The notes under the pieces were generated by a model. It was not told the DNA's origin. It saw nothing but the letters and a program-made list of their open reading frames with translations, and made no database searches. The position numbers were made by a program, and so were the translations under genes. Below, piece after piece: positions 1 to 7,701 of a stretch of 33,326 nt of DNA (its first letter is position 1; every line of letters starts with the position of its first letter). The stretch is from a virus (taxonomy: Duplodnaviria > Caudoviricetes): the IMG/VR virus record IMGVR_UViG_3300010362_000064, positions 1-33,326 of that record; one strand, 5' to 3'.

Positions 1-2
1 AA

Positions 3-434
3 CATCTCTCGGACGAAGATCTGGATGTCGCCCAGGCGTTTCATCACGCCACGCTCTTGGTCAAACAACGCACGCTCGGCGTCCTGCAGGAACGGCGACG
101 CCGCGAGGCGCTCACCGCCACGGTCGGCGATGTCGCGCACCAACTCATGGCCCTGACCCCGGATCAACGTGCTTTGATCGCGCAGCTCATTCAGGAACTC
201 GCCCAGCGCGTCCGTGATGACGCCGACCTGTCAGAAACGACAGGGCAGCCCCTCCCGCCGCCGATCGTCGCCACTTCGCCGGCTGAGCAACAGCGCGAGA
301 CACTCTGGGAACTGATAGGCGGGCTCGGCGCGGACTATCTCGCGATGCTCGTTAATGACGCGCACGACTACTTACGCGCGCAGGAGCGTAATGCGCGTGA
401 CTTGAAACCGCGGAAGAAGAAACTGCAGAAGTAA
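3..434 (+). CDS. 5'-truncated protein, possibly the C-terminal part of an XRE-family repressor
   Basis: Frame is open from base 3 (HLSDEDLDVAQAFHHATLLVKQR...); repeated 'LS/TxxxxxxxxxxxxL' helical units typical of regions after an HTH; the HTH itself is not in the window. Confidence 0.5.
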   Translation, partial: HLSDEDLDVAQAFHHATLLVKQRTLGVLQERRRREALTATVGDVAHQLMALTPDQRALIAQLIQELAQRVRDDADLSETTGQPLPPPIVATSPAEQQRETLWELIGGLGADYLAMLVNDAHDYLRAQERNARDLKPRKKKLQK

Positions 435-475
435 CACTCTGCGACAAACGCGACGTGCCATCCCCACTCTTAATT

Positions 476-505
476 CTGTCAGGTCCCGTTACACTCGTTT
501 ATAGT
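476..505 (+). promoter_or_regulatory. Putative sigma70 promoter for a leaderless mRNA
   Basis: CTGTCA (476-481), 18 nt, TATAGT (500-505), ATG 7 nt downstream at 513, no SD. Confidence 0.45.
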
Positions 506-512
506 GCCCACT

Positions 513-896
513 ATGCCCACGTCGTTGACGTTGATTCGTTCGTCGTCCGGTCAGAGCGATCACGACACAATCACCGTGCCGACACTCTATCTGACCGATA
601 CCGCCTTCGCCGCCGCCGTCGATCAACTCGCCGCGCTGCGCCAGCAACGCGACCGCGATCGCGAATGGCGTCATCTCCGCGAACGGCTCACCGCCGTGAC
701 CCGCGATCTCGACTGCACCGCGATCGCCCGGACCGCCGCGGCGATCCGATCCGAACAGATCCACCAGCTCGAGATCGCCGCGGCGCTGCAGGATCGGATC
801 ACGCGCTGCACGATGGCTACCGCGGCACTCCGCCGCCGCACCACCGAGACGGTCAAGGCCGTCCGGCAGACGGTGCAGACCGCCCGGCATCGCTGA
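513..896 (+). CDS. Hypothetical helical protein
   Basis: ORF 504/513..896 with plausible composition, co-oriented with the integrase. Confidence 0.6.
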   Translation: MPTSLTLIRSSSGQSDHDTITVPTLYLTDTAFAAAVDQLAALRQQRDRDREWRHLRERLTAVTRDLDCTAIARTAAAIRSEQIHQLEIAAALQDRITRCTMATAALRRRTTETVKAVRQTVQTARHR

Positions 897-939
897 GGAT
901 CGCCTGCACGGCCGAGCGCATCCGCCGAGGTCCCGGCGC

Positions 940-1194
940 GTGACGGATCAGGACCTCGCCGCGGCGGCGCAGCGCGAGATCGCCACCCTCGCACCCTGCA
1001 CGATCCAGTGGACGCCGCGCGCGATGCTCCATGCGACGGCGCTCTTTCAGCTCGCCGCCCGCTACCCGCACCTTGAGGACGCGTATCGGATCTTCATTCG
1101 CACCTTCGTCGCGCAGGCCCGCGACTACTTCGCGGCCTGCCCGAGCGTGCTGGAGCTGCTGCGGCGCGGCGATCTGCCATCCTCGAAGGATTAG
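940..1194 (+). CDS. Hypothetical protein
   Basis: 84 aa ORF ending 2 nt before the integrase ATG. Confidence 0.65.
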   Translation: MTDQDLAAAAQREIATLAPCTIQWTPRAMLHATALFQLAARYPHLEDAYRIFIRTFVAQARDYFAACPSVLELLRRGDLPSSKD

Positions 1195-1196
1195 CG

Positions 1197-2309
1197 ATGC
1201 CCAAACGCACCACACTCGCCAAAGGGATTTATCGAGATGCCTACGGCATTTCGATTGTGATCTCCGTCAATGGCAAACCGCAGGAACATCGCGTCGACGA
1301 TCAACCGCTCGAACTCCTGATCAAGCGCCGGAAGCGGATGGTGGGGGAACTCGCCGCGAATCCACTCCCGGAACGCGTCCGCGGTTCGCTCGCCCGCGAT
1401 ATCGTCCAGTACCTGAAACGCTTGAAAGGCATGGTCGGGTACAAAGCCGAGAAATCACACCTGCGCGCCTGGCTTCATCGCTGGCCGAAGATTCAACGGT
1501 GGCAAATCACGCAGGAGATGGTGGAGTTCGCTATTGCGGATTGGCGGCGCGCCAACTACAGCGCGAAAACGATTCGGCATCGCTGCCGCGTGCTGGAGAG
1601 CCTGTATCGCGCCCTAGACGGATCGAAAGCGCCCACCCCGTTGGACGATGTCAAGCAACCCGCGAAACCCAAACCGCGGCCCGTCTCCGTGCCCGATGAC
1701 CTGATCGCGGACGTCGCGCGCAATCTCTACCGCAATGAACTCGCCGGCACCTTGCGCGATGCGAAGACTCGCGCGCGGTTCCTCGTCCGCGCGACGACCG
1801 GCCGACGGCCCACCGAGATCAAACACGCGCGGCCGGAAGACGTCCAGCTCGAGCAGCGGCTGTGGTATCCGCGCACCGCCAAGGGCGGCATCAATAGCGG
1901 CATCACCCTCAATGAGGAACAGGTCGCCGCGTGGCGGCTCTTCATCCAGGCGAAGGCCTGGGGGACGTTCGACGATCGCAGTTTCAACAAGACCCTGCGC
2001 CGCAACGGCTGGCCGAAAGACATCAGCAGCCGGAACCTCCGCCACTCGACTGCCATCGCCATCCGCGCCCGCGGTGGAGATCTCGCCGACATCAAGGATC
2101 ATCTCGGCCACGCGTCGATTCAGACAACGACCGAGCATTACCTCACCGTCGTACCGGAGCGTCAGCAGGCGACAAGCGCCCGTCTGGAAGGGCGCTTCAG
2201 CGCTGGCGCGCTCGCCGCGTCTCCCATGTTTTCTCCCATGTCCACTCCCAGACTCCGGAAGAAAAGGCAGGAATCGTTAGGAAAACACGCGACTCCCAAA
2301 ACGGCCTAG
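1197..2309 (+). CDS. int: Tyrosine recombinase / phage integrase
   Basis: Catalytic motifs TTGRRPTEI (R), TAKGG (K), RNLRHS (HxxR variant), LGHASIQTTTEHY (H, Y); adjacent to a tRNA-derived att core. Confidence 0.95.
   Translation: MPKRTTLAKGIYRDAYGISIVISVNGKPQEHRVDDQPLELLIKRRKRMVGELAANPLPERVRGSLARDIVQYLKRLKGMVGYKAEKSHLRAWLHRWPKIQRWQITQEMVEFAIADWRRANYSAKTIRHRCRVLESLYRALDGSKAPTPLDDVKQPAKPKPRPVSVPDDLIADVARNLYRNELAGTLRDAKTRARFLVRATTGRRPTEIKHARPEDVQLEQRLWYPRTAKGGINSGITLNEEQVAAWRLFIQAKAWGTFDDRSFNKTLRRNGWPKDISSRNLRHSTAIAIRARGGDLADIKDHLGHASIQTTTEHYLTVVPERQQATSARLEGRFSAGALAASPMFSPMSTPRLRKKRQESLGKHATPKTA
2220..2250 (+). repeat. Integrase arm-type sites, left arm (3 copies of WCTCCCA, 12-bp period)
   Basis: TCTCCCATG at 2220 and 2232, ACTCCCA at 2244 (another at 2292), inside the 3' end of int. 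Confidence 0.7.
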
Positions 2310-2364
2310 AAAGGCAGGTTTCGCCCGCTTTGCGTCATAAACCGTGGATTTTGTGGGGAAAAAG

Positions 2365-2413
2365 TGGTTGCGGGGGCGGGATTTGAACCCGCGACCTTTG
2401 GGTTATGAGCCCA
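2365..2413 (-). tRNA. 3' half of initiator tRNA-fMet(CAT), the attP core; not a full tRNA
   Basis: Minus strand TGGGCTCATAACCCAAAGGTCGCGGGTTCAAATCCCGCCCCCGCAACCA has the GGG/CCC anticodon stem, CAT anticodon, T-arm and CCA; no 5' acceptor strand upstream. Confidence 0.92.
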
Positions 2414-2467
2414 CCGCGCTGATCAGAATTGCACTGCTTTTCCTAATATTTTGACGCAGTCTTGAAG

Positions 2468-2489
2468 TCTCCCATGAATTACTCCCACG
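2468..2489 (+). repeat. Integrase arm-type sites, right arm
   Basis: TCTCCCATG (2468) and ACTCCCACG (2481), same motif and orientation as the left arm. Confidence 0.7.
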
Positions 2490-2495
2490 GCGCGG

Positions 2496-2501
2496 TATAC
2501 T
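2496..2501 (+). promoter_or_regulatory. Putative -10 box for the 2584-3540 operon
   Basis: TATACT followed by a hairpin-containing leader and GGAG SD before ATG 2584. Confidence 0.4.
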
Positions 2502-2583
2502 AAGAACATCGAAAGCGCGCCGCGGCGGTGTTATCAGCACCGACCGCGACGCTAACACAGCCAGCGGATAGGAGCCGCCGACT

Positions 2584-2907
2584 ATGCTGCAGCCAGTTTA
2601 CGTCACCCACTACGCCCCGGCCGACCAACCCCACGATTTCGCCCTCTGCGGCGTCTACGTCGACCAGGACAAATACCACAGCCCGCAGCCGACCTGCCCT
2701 GACTGCGCGCGCAAGCTCGCGGAGGACGAGGCGCTCGAGCAGGCGATCGAAGAGACGCCGTGGCCGCTCGACGCGGACGAAGCCGCGACGGAACTCGAGC
2801 GCGAGGCCACCGATCGGATGTCGCCGCTCGGGGCACAACTCTTCAATCTGGCGGTGACGCTCAACCGGGTCTATGCGGCCCAGCTGCGGAGGCGAGGCAA
2901 CCGATGA
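2584..2907 (+). CDS. Hypothetical protein, probable Zn-binding N-terminus
   Basis: H..ALCG...CPDC motif; SD GGAG; ATGA coupling to the next ORF. Confidence 0.75.
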   Translation: MLQPVYVTHYAPADQPHDFALCGVYVDQDKYHSPQPTCPDCARKLAEDEALEQAIEETPWPLDADEAATELEREATDRMSPLGAQLFNLAVTLNRVYAAQLRRRGNR

Positions 2908-3137
2908 GACGCTACGGACGCTTCGTCGATATGCGAACCATCCAGCACCGCATGAACGCCGCCGATGCACGCTTCGAGCAGACGCAGCAGCGCCGCGAAG
3001 CGCGTCGGCAACTCGAGCACATCGTCGCCCGCCTCGCTGCGGTCTACACGGTCGAGACCGATCAGGTGGCGCTCATCGGCCTCGTCGCTGAGGCGAAGGC
3101 GTTGATGCAGCGGCTGGATCCGTTTGAGGGACTGTGA
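2904..3137 (+). CDS. Hypothetical protein (77 aa)
   Basis: ATG overlaps the previous stop (ATGA); MRRYGRFVDMRTIQ...DPFEGL. Confidence 0.7.
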   Translation: MRRYGRFVDMRTIQHRMNAADARFEQTQQRREARRQLEHIVARLAAVYTVETDQVALIGLVAEAKALMQRLDPFEGL

Positions 3138-3385
3138 TGAAAGCCCGCATGGCCGTCGCGCAGCTCTTCCCGACCTCGCTCCCGCCCGCGCGCTATCTCG
3201 TCGGCGACGAGGTCGAAGTTACCAATGACGCCCACGTCGGCGAGCGTGAGGTCGTCCTCGCCCGTGGCATCATCGAGGCCGTCGCCGGGGAGTATCCGCA
3301 GCAGGTCTATACCGTGCGCGGGGTGGTGCTGCCCCAAACGGCTCGGACGTTGCGCCTCGTGCAGCGAGGAGAGCGCCGATCATGA
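3134..3385 (+). CDS. Hypothetical protein, possibly small SH3/KOW-like beta domain
   Basis: YLVGDEVEV...GIIEAV...YTV pattern; coupled to neighbours. Confidence 0.65.
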   Translation: MMKARMAVAQLFPTSLPPARYLVGDEVEVTNDAHVGEREVVLARGIIEAVAGEYPQQVYTVRGVVLPQTARTLRLVQRGERRS

Positions 3386-3540
3386 TCCTGCTCGGATTTG
3401 TCGCCCTGCTGCTCCTCATCCTCGTCGTACAGACGCCACTTGGCAAGCAGCTATTCTTCCTCGCGCTCTTCGGGGTGATGCTGGCGGCGCTGGTCGCGGC
3501 CTTGTGGATCGGGCATCTGTGGTTCCATCCGCCGGCCTAA
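3382..3540 (+). CDS. Small two-TM membrane protein (52 aa; not in ORF track)
   Basis: MILLGFVALLLLILVVQTPLGKQLFFLALFGVMLAALVAALWIGHLWFHPPA; ATGA overlap with the upstream stop. Confidence 0.7.
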   Translation: MILLGFVALLLLILVVQTPLGKQLFFLALFGVMLAALVAALWIGHLWFHPPA

Positions 3541-3563
3541 GGGGTACGCCACCGATCCGGCGC

Positions 3564-3689
3564 GCAGGTATACCCGCAGATGCCCCGCGGGCACTGCGGG
3601 TCCTGCAGGATTTTGATGGGCCACCCGTCCGCACAGATCCGGCGCAACGGCAGCGTTGTGCAACTGCTCGAGAGGATCGCGACGAGCAG
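3564..3689. terminator. Cluster of GC-rich hairpins between convergent operons (terminator or structured RNA)
   Basis: Nested stems GCAGG/CCTGC, ACCCGCAG/CTGCGGGT and TGCCC/GGGCA (3564-3606); CTGCTCG/CGAGCAG (3664-3689). Confidence 0.45.
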
Positions 3690-3693
3690 GAGT

Positions 3694-3873
3694 TCAGCGC
3701 CGCAGCGGAATATCGCCAATGCCCAAGGCGCGGAGCACAAAGAGCACCAGGACAATCACCGCGATGACGATGATCGCGGTCTTGAAGGGGGCCGGCATGG
3801 GGACATACGCGGTGAGCGCCCACACGAGAAACCCGACGACCGCGATGAGCACCAGCAGTTCAATCAGGCCCAT
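3694..3873 (-). CDS. Small two-TM membrane protein, Thivi_2564-like (59 aa; not in ORF track)
   Basis: MGLIELLVLIAVVGFLVWALTAYVPMPAPFKTAIIVIAVIVLVLFVLRALGIGDIPLRR; GGAG SD. Confidence 0.8.
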   Translation of the reverse strand: MGLIELLVLIAVVGFLVWALTAYVPMPAPFKTAIIVIAVIVLVLFVLRALGIGDIPLRR

Positions 3874-3885
3874 GGCGCACTCCTG

Positions 3886-4518
3886 TCAGAGCTTATGACT
3901 CGCCAAGATGTACCAGCTCGAGACGCCATCGGGCGCCAAGAAGATCGATGGCTGTACGGGTGCCGCGGCAACTGGCACCGTATAGGCGGCGTTCGTGCCA
4001 TCGATCGTATCGCTGCCGTTGGGGACCACACTCAACGCGACGGTGCCCGTGTTCTTGATGACCAGCGATTGCGTCGCGTTACTGACCGGCAGCAGGTTGA
4101 TGACGCAGGGACTCGGCCCGCCGGTGCTGTTCACCGTCACGAGTCGGTCGGTGGCCAAGATCGTATAGCCGGAGGTCACGGCTTTACCGCCCGTCGTCAA
4201 GCCGACGCCGAAGCCGGCCGCGAACGCCGCGCCGACATCCTCGACCCCGTCCACCGTCCAGAGCGTCACCGCGTTCGCATCGTCCAGACGGAACTTGTAG
4301 CCGGTCGGGAGCAGATAAATGCTCGTCGGCGATTCGCCCGCCGCGTTCAGGACGATCGGATTCGCGTTGGCGTGCGGCGTGTCGAGCGCGGGATCGGAGT
4401 AGGTCGGTTGCGGCGTCGTGGTGCCGGCGATGAACGAATACAGCTTGCCGCTCGCCACGGGATTGCCCGTCGCGTCACTGAATTGCGGCTTGACCCACGG
4501 GAGCAGCGCAGCAGCCAT
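3886..4518 (-). CDS. Short tail protein with podophage tailspike head-binding-type N-terminal domain
   Basis: QFSDATGNPVASGKLYSFIAGTTTPQPTYSD...NPIVLNAAGE...YKFRLDDA is the typical head-binding signature; SD GAGGT. Confidence 0.8.
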   Translation of the reverse strand: MAAALLPWVKPQFSDATGNPVASGKLYSFIAGTTTPQPTYSDPALDTPHANANPIVLNAAGESPTSIYLLPTGYKFRLDDANAVTLWTVDGVEDVGAAFAAGFGVGLTTGGKAVTSGYTILATDRLVTVNSTGGPSPCVINLLPVSNATQSLVIKNTGTVALSVVPNGSDTIDGTNAAYTVPVAAAPVQPSIFLAPDGVSSWYILASHKL

Positions 4519-4529
4519 CAGAAGACCTC

Positions 4530-4545
4530 ACACATGGTGTATACT
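4530..4545 (+). promoter_or_regulatory. Leaderless promoter -10 with overlapping palindrome (candidate RHH operator)
   Basis: ACAC-ATG-GTGT (4530-4540) abutting TATACT (4540-4545), ATG at 4552. Confidence 0.45.
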
Positions 4546-4551
4546 TGGACT

Positions 4552-4731
4552 ATGCCTGCACGTACTCGTCGCCAGCAGATCATGCTGACTCCGCGCCAGG
4601 TCGCGGCGCTCGAGCAGCTCGCCGCGCGTCTCGATCGCACGAAGTCCGAACTGGTCCGCGAAGCGATCGACCGCTTCATCACCGATCCCCCGCGCCCGGC
4701 CGTGCTGCCGCGCGCGTATGTGAAAGTCTGA
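4552..4731 (+). CDS. Ribbon-helix-helix (CopG/Arc/Mnt-like) DNA-binding protein
   Basis: TRRQQIMLTPRQVAALEQLAARLDRTKSELVREAIDRF is a canonical RHH pattern. Confidence 0.85.
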   Translation: MPARTRRQQIMLTPRQVAALEQLAARLDRTKSELVREAIDRFITDPPRPAVLPRAYVKV

Positions 4732-4735
4732 CCCG

Positions 4736-4963
4736 ATGGCCGCGCCGATGAACATGACGTTGTACCGGCTGTTGCTCAAGACGGGTGCGAGCGAAGCGGA
4801 TGCCGAAGCGGCCGCGCGGATCGATACGTCTGATCTCGCCACCAAGGCTGACCTTGCGGAACTCAAAGCCTCACTGCTGATGTGGATCATCGGCATCGTG
4901 TTTACCGCGCTTGGCCTCCAAGGCGGCGTGTTGATCTTTCTGTTTACCCACTACAAACCGTAA
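4736..4963 (+). CDS. DUF1640/CCDC90-like coiled-coil protein with C-terminal TM
   Basis: GASEADAEA...DLATKADLAELKASLLMWIIGIVF. Confidence 0.8.
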   Translation: MAAPMNMTLYRLLLKTGASEADAEAAARIDTSDLATKADLAELKASLLMWIIGIVFTALGLQGGVLIFLFTHYKP

Positions 4964-4979
4964 TGAAGGAGTTTGGAAG

Positions 4980-5447
4980 ATGTCTCGTGTGTGGTTGATG
5001 TCCATCGTTCTCGTGAGTGTAATCGTGCCGTCGGTGGCGCAGGCGCAAACCTCTATGGTCTATCCTCCCGCAGGGTTGCCGACCATCATCTACGGTCCCC
5101 AATCGTCCGCTGCGCCGCCCATCTATACGGTCTACCCTCCTGCAGGGTTGCCGACCATCATCTACGGCTCCCCGTCGTTTGCCCCCTCCATCCCGCCGTC
5201 TGTGTCCGTGGCACCCACGCCCGCCCCTCGCACGCCAATCGATCCGTGGATTCCCCTCGCAGTGCGACCCGCGCCGACCACGAACACCCTGGATCTCGTG
5301 ACGCAGCTGCTCGTCCTGCAGGAGCTCGCCGCGGCTCGGCGCCAGTACACCGCCCCGGAACCCGTGATGCCAGCGCCCGCGTCGAGGCCGCCGGCGACGT
5401 CGGGTGACGGCTGGATGGGCGGCTTTATCAAGGGCGTGAAGAAGTAG
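4980..5447 (+). CDS. Secreted Pro-rich protein with duplicated VYPPAGLPTIIYG motif
   Basis: Signal peptide ending AQA; SD AAGGAG; internal repeat. Confidence 0.75.
   Translation: MSRVWLMSIVLVSVIVPSVAQAQTSMVYPPAGLPTIIYGPQSSAAPPIYTVYPPAGLPTIIYGSPSFAPSIPPSVSVAPTPAPRTPIDPWIPLAVRPAPTTNTLDLVTQLLVLQELAAARRQYTAPEPVMPAPASRPPATSGDGWMGGFIKGVKK
5057..5167 (+). repeat. 39-bp direct repeat x2 (5057-5095, 5129-5167)
   Basis: GGTCTAYCCTCCYGCAGGGTTGCCGACCATCATCTACGG with two synonymous differences. Confidence 0.9.
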
Positions 5448-5459
5448 GGACAGTAGCCC

Positions 5460-5699
5460 ATGAGAGACGACTACCAAGCTATTTTCACCGCGTTGCATCA
5501 AGCGACTCAGGCCAGCATTGCCGCTAATGCCCAACTCATCGCCACCAACGCGCAGCTCGCCGCCATCGGCCAAGCGCTCGGCGCCGCCACCGAGGCCACG
5601 CGCCACGCCCGCGACGAGCATGAAGACATGCGCGAGACCATCCAGCGGCTGGAAGCGCTCGTCACCGACTTGCAACGGCGCCTCGATCAACACTCATGA
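5460..5699 (+). CDS. Small coiled-coil protein
   Basis: Heptad pattern (IAANAQLIATNAQL...IQRLEALVTDLQRRL); ATGA coupling. Confidence 0.75.
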   Translation: MRDDYQAIFTALHQATQASIAANAQLIATNAQLAAIGQALGAATEATRHARDEHEDMRETIQRLEALVTDLQRRLDQHS

Positions 5700-5887
5700 C
5701 CACAACCCTGCTGACCTATCTCGTCTTTCTCTTGCTCAGTGATCGATTCGGTGTCGTCATTGCCGCCCTCGCATTGACGGCCGGGTTTCTCAGTCTGTTT
5801 CTTGTCCCGATTGTCGGGTGGTGGATCGATTGCGCCAAACTGTGGTGGCAGCACATATCCATCGAATCATTCACCGCAAACAAATAG
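5696..5887 (+). CDS. Small membrane protein
   Basis: Hydrophobic 63 aa ORF coupled to the upstream stop. Confidence 0.55.
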   Translation: MTTTLLTYLVFLLLSDRFGVVIAALALTAGFLSLFLVPIVGWWIDCAKLWWQHISIESFTANK

Positions 5888-5891
5888 GCTT

Positions 5892-5987
5892 ATGAACTTC
5901 ATCATTGGCGGATTCACGGCCGTCCTCGCCATCGGTGGCTACTGGGCCATGCTCGCCCTCTACGATTGGTTCGACACACGCTGTTGA
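5892..5987 (+). CDS. 31-aa single-TM peptide
   Basis: MNFIIGGFTAVLAIGGYWAMLALYDWFDTRC fills the gap between neighbours. Confidence 0.45.
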   Translation: MNFIIGGFTAVLAIGGYWAMLALYDWFDTRC

Positions 5988-6229
5988 CTACTGCCAGTTT
6001 CGTTCAAGTCGTCTTACTCTTCATCTTCGTGGTCGCGATCGCGTTGTGGTGGCACGGCTTTGTCCCCGAATCATCCTTCTTGCCGACGCGTTGGGACCGC
6101 CATGTACCACGCCTCCTGTGGATTCCGTGGGTCGTCCTCAAAACCTATCTGGTCGTCGGCGGCGCCTTCGCACTCGTGATGTACTACCTCCATCGTCTCG
6201 GCCTGCCATCGCTGTGGATGAACGATTAA
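5984..6229 (+). CDS. Two-TM membrane protein
   Basis: TTG start overlaps the previous TGA; two hydrophobic segments; stop overlaps the convergent gene stop (TTAA 6226-6229). Confidence 0.6.
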   Translation: MTTASFVQVVLLFIFVVAIALWWHGFVPESSFLPTRWDRHVPRLLWIPWVVLKTYLVVGGAFALVMYYLHRLGLPSLWMND

Positions 6230-7701
6230 GGAGATTCCACGGTCGCGCGCACCTGTGCCGGCAGTGAAGACATGATCCGCTGCACGGCACCCGTGACCCG
6301 CATCGCGCTCCCCGATGCCAAGGCATCCGCGAGATAGTGCTTCAACGGGGCTGCGACACGCGTCGCCCATGCAGGCGATTGCAGCACGCGCACGAGTTGC
6401 CGACCGGCTACACCGTAGATCAAGGCTTTCTGCAGTTTGTCTTCCACGTCTTGGCCGCTCATCAATCCACTGATGACGCCGGCCCCGCCGGTGACACCAG
6501 AAATCAATCCCGATCCCTGCGCCTGCGTCCGCTTCTCCGTTTCGATGAGTACGTTCTTCAGTCCTTTCCAGAATGCGTACTCGTGATTCAGTTGGTCGAG
6601 CGTCGGACTGCCTTTCGCGAGCAAGTCGCGAAACGAGGTCGCGGCTTCGCGAATCGACCACGCCGCCGCGCTGTCGGTGGCCGAGGCTTGTGCTTTTGGA
6701 CCATAGAGACCCGCCTTGCTCACGATGCGATCCCACACCGTTTTGATCTTCGCGGCCTGGTCGATCGGAATATCAGGTCCGAGGTTCTGAACGAATGTCG
6801 AGAGCTTATCAAGTTGCCGGATGACGGGTTCCGTGCCCGCAATGGGAATCATCGAGCCGGTCGCCGTCGGCACGTGCAGCGCATCACGGGCCGTCTGAAT
6901 CGCCTGCGTCACGGTGGGTCCGGCAATGGTTTGCCCTTGTGCCGCGAGTGATTGAATCTCTTGGCCGATCTTGGCCCCGACATCCGCGACTGCCGTTTTG
7001 GCCTGCGCCAGCATGTCAGCGCGCGACCCGCGCACGCCACGCGCCAGCATCTCAGGTGCGAGTTCGGCGGCTTCCGTCTTCGCCCATTCCTTCGTCGCCC
7101 CCAAGGCCCCCGCTACGCTCTTCTGTGCGCTACGCTCGAGCGCGCCAGCGACACGACCCGCCACCGCGCCGCCGGGAAGGACTGCCGTCAATCCTGTCGC
7201 GATGCCGGCTGTCGTGGGATCACCAGTCTGGGCTAGCGTCGTGCCCCCGGCCTTCAACGCCTCGAGCACCTTCGCGCCACGCCCGGCGTACCCCAAGGGC
7301 ACAAAGAACTCGCCGATTTGTTCCCCGTGATAGCCCAGTGCTTGCGGAAGATTCGTCGGTTGGACCTCGCGTCGCGCTTGCTGAAAGAGCGGCCCGGCTG
7401 GTTGCACATCGCCGAAGATGGCGCGCTGCGTGAGGTCGCTCGCCGCCGCGACACCAGGAAGATACCGATACGCCAGATCGCCTAAACCGATCGCCGTATT
7501 CGCGGCACCTTTGACGATACCGGTCCCGATGTCGGCGGCCGTATCGCCCCACGTGCGCTCGGGTTCCTTCGGTGCAGTCGCTGATGCTTGACTCCCGACA
7601 TGTTTGAAAATCTCTTCAAGCTCCGCTTCGCTGGGCGGACTGTCCCCATGCAGCACGATGGTGCGCCCGGTCGCCGGATCACGGACGGTGTATTCCGGCA
7701 T
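6226..7701 (-). CDS. DNA ejection/transfer protein (P22 gp16/gp20 position)
   Basis: Ala/Gly-rich helical protein; N-terminal YTVRDPATGRTIVLHGDSPPSEAELEEIF module; last gene of the ejection cluster. Confidence 0.75.
   Translation of the reverse strand: MPEYTVRDPATGRTIVLHGDSPPSEAELEEIFKHVGSQASATAPKEPERTWGDTAADIGTGIVKGAANTAIGLGDLAYRYLPGVAAASDLTQRAIFGDVQPAGPLFQQARREVQPTNLPQALGYHGEQIGEFFVPLGYAGRGAKVLEALKAGGTTLAQTGDPTTAGIATGLTAVLPGGAVAGRVAGALERSAQKSVAGALGATKEWAKTEAAELAPEMLARGVRGSRADMLAQAKTAVADVGAKIGQEIQSLAAQGQTIAGPTVTQAIQTARDALHVPTATGSMIPIAGTEPVIRQLDKLSTFVQNLGPDIPIDQAAKIKTVWDRIVSKAGLYGPKAQASATDSAAAWSIREAATSFRDLLAKGSPTLDQLNHEYAFWKGLKNVLIETEKRTQAQGSGLISGVTGGAGVISGLMSGQDVEDKLQKALIYGVAGRQLVRVLQSPAWATRVAAPLKHYLADALASGSAMRVTGAVQRIMSSLPAQVRATVESP

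Noticed and set aside
2365-2441. Complete tRNA-Met gene
   Set aside because: The sequence beyond 2413 cannot supply the 5' acceptor strand (CGCGGGG) or a proper D-arm, so only the 3' half is present
3694-3873. Holin / lysis cassette
   Set aside because: It is a two-TM protein at the end of the late operon, but no endolysin or spanin is recognisable nearby, so a lysis role is unsupported
3580-4551. N-terminal ~320 aa of the 383-aa ORF 3580-4731
   Set aside because: Antisense to two real genes; only the last 59 aa (RHH, from ATG 4552) is credible
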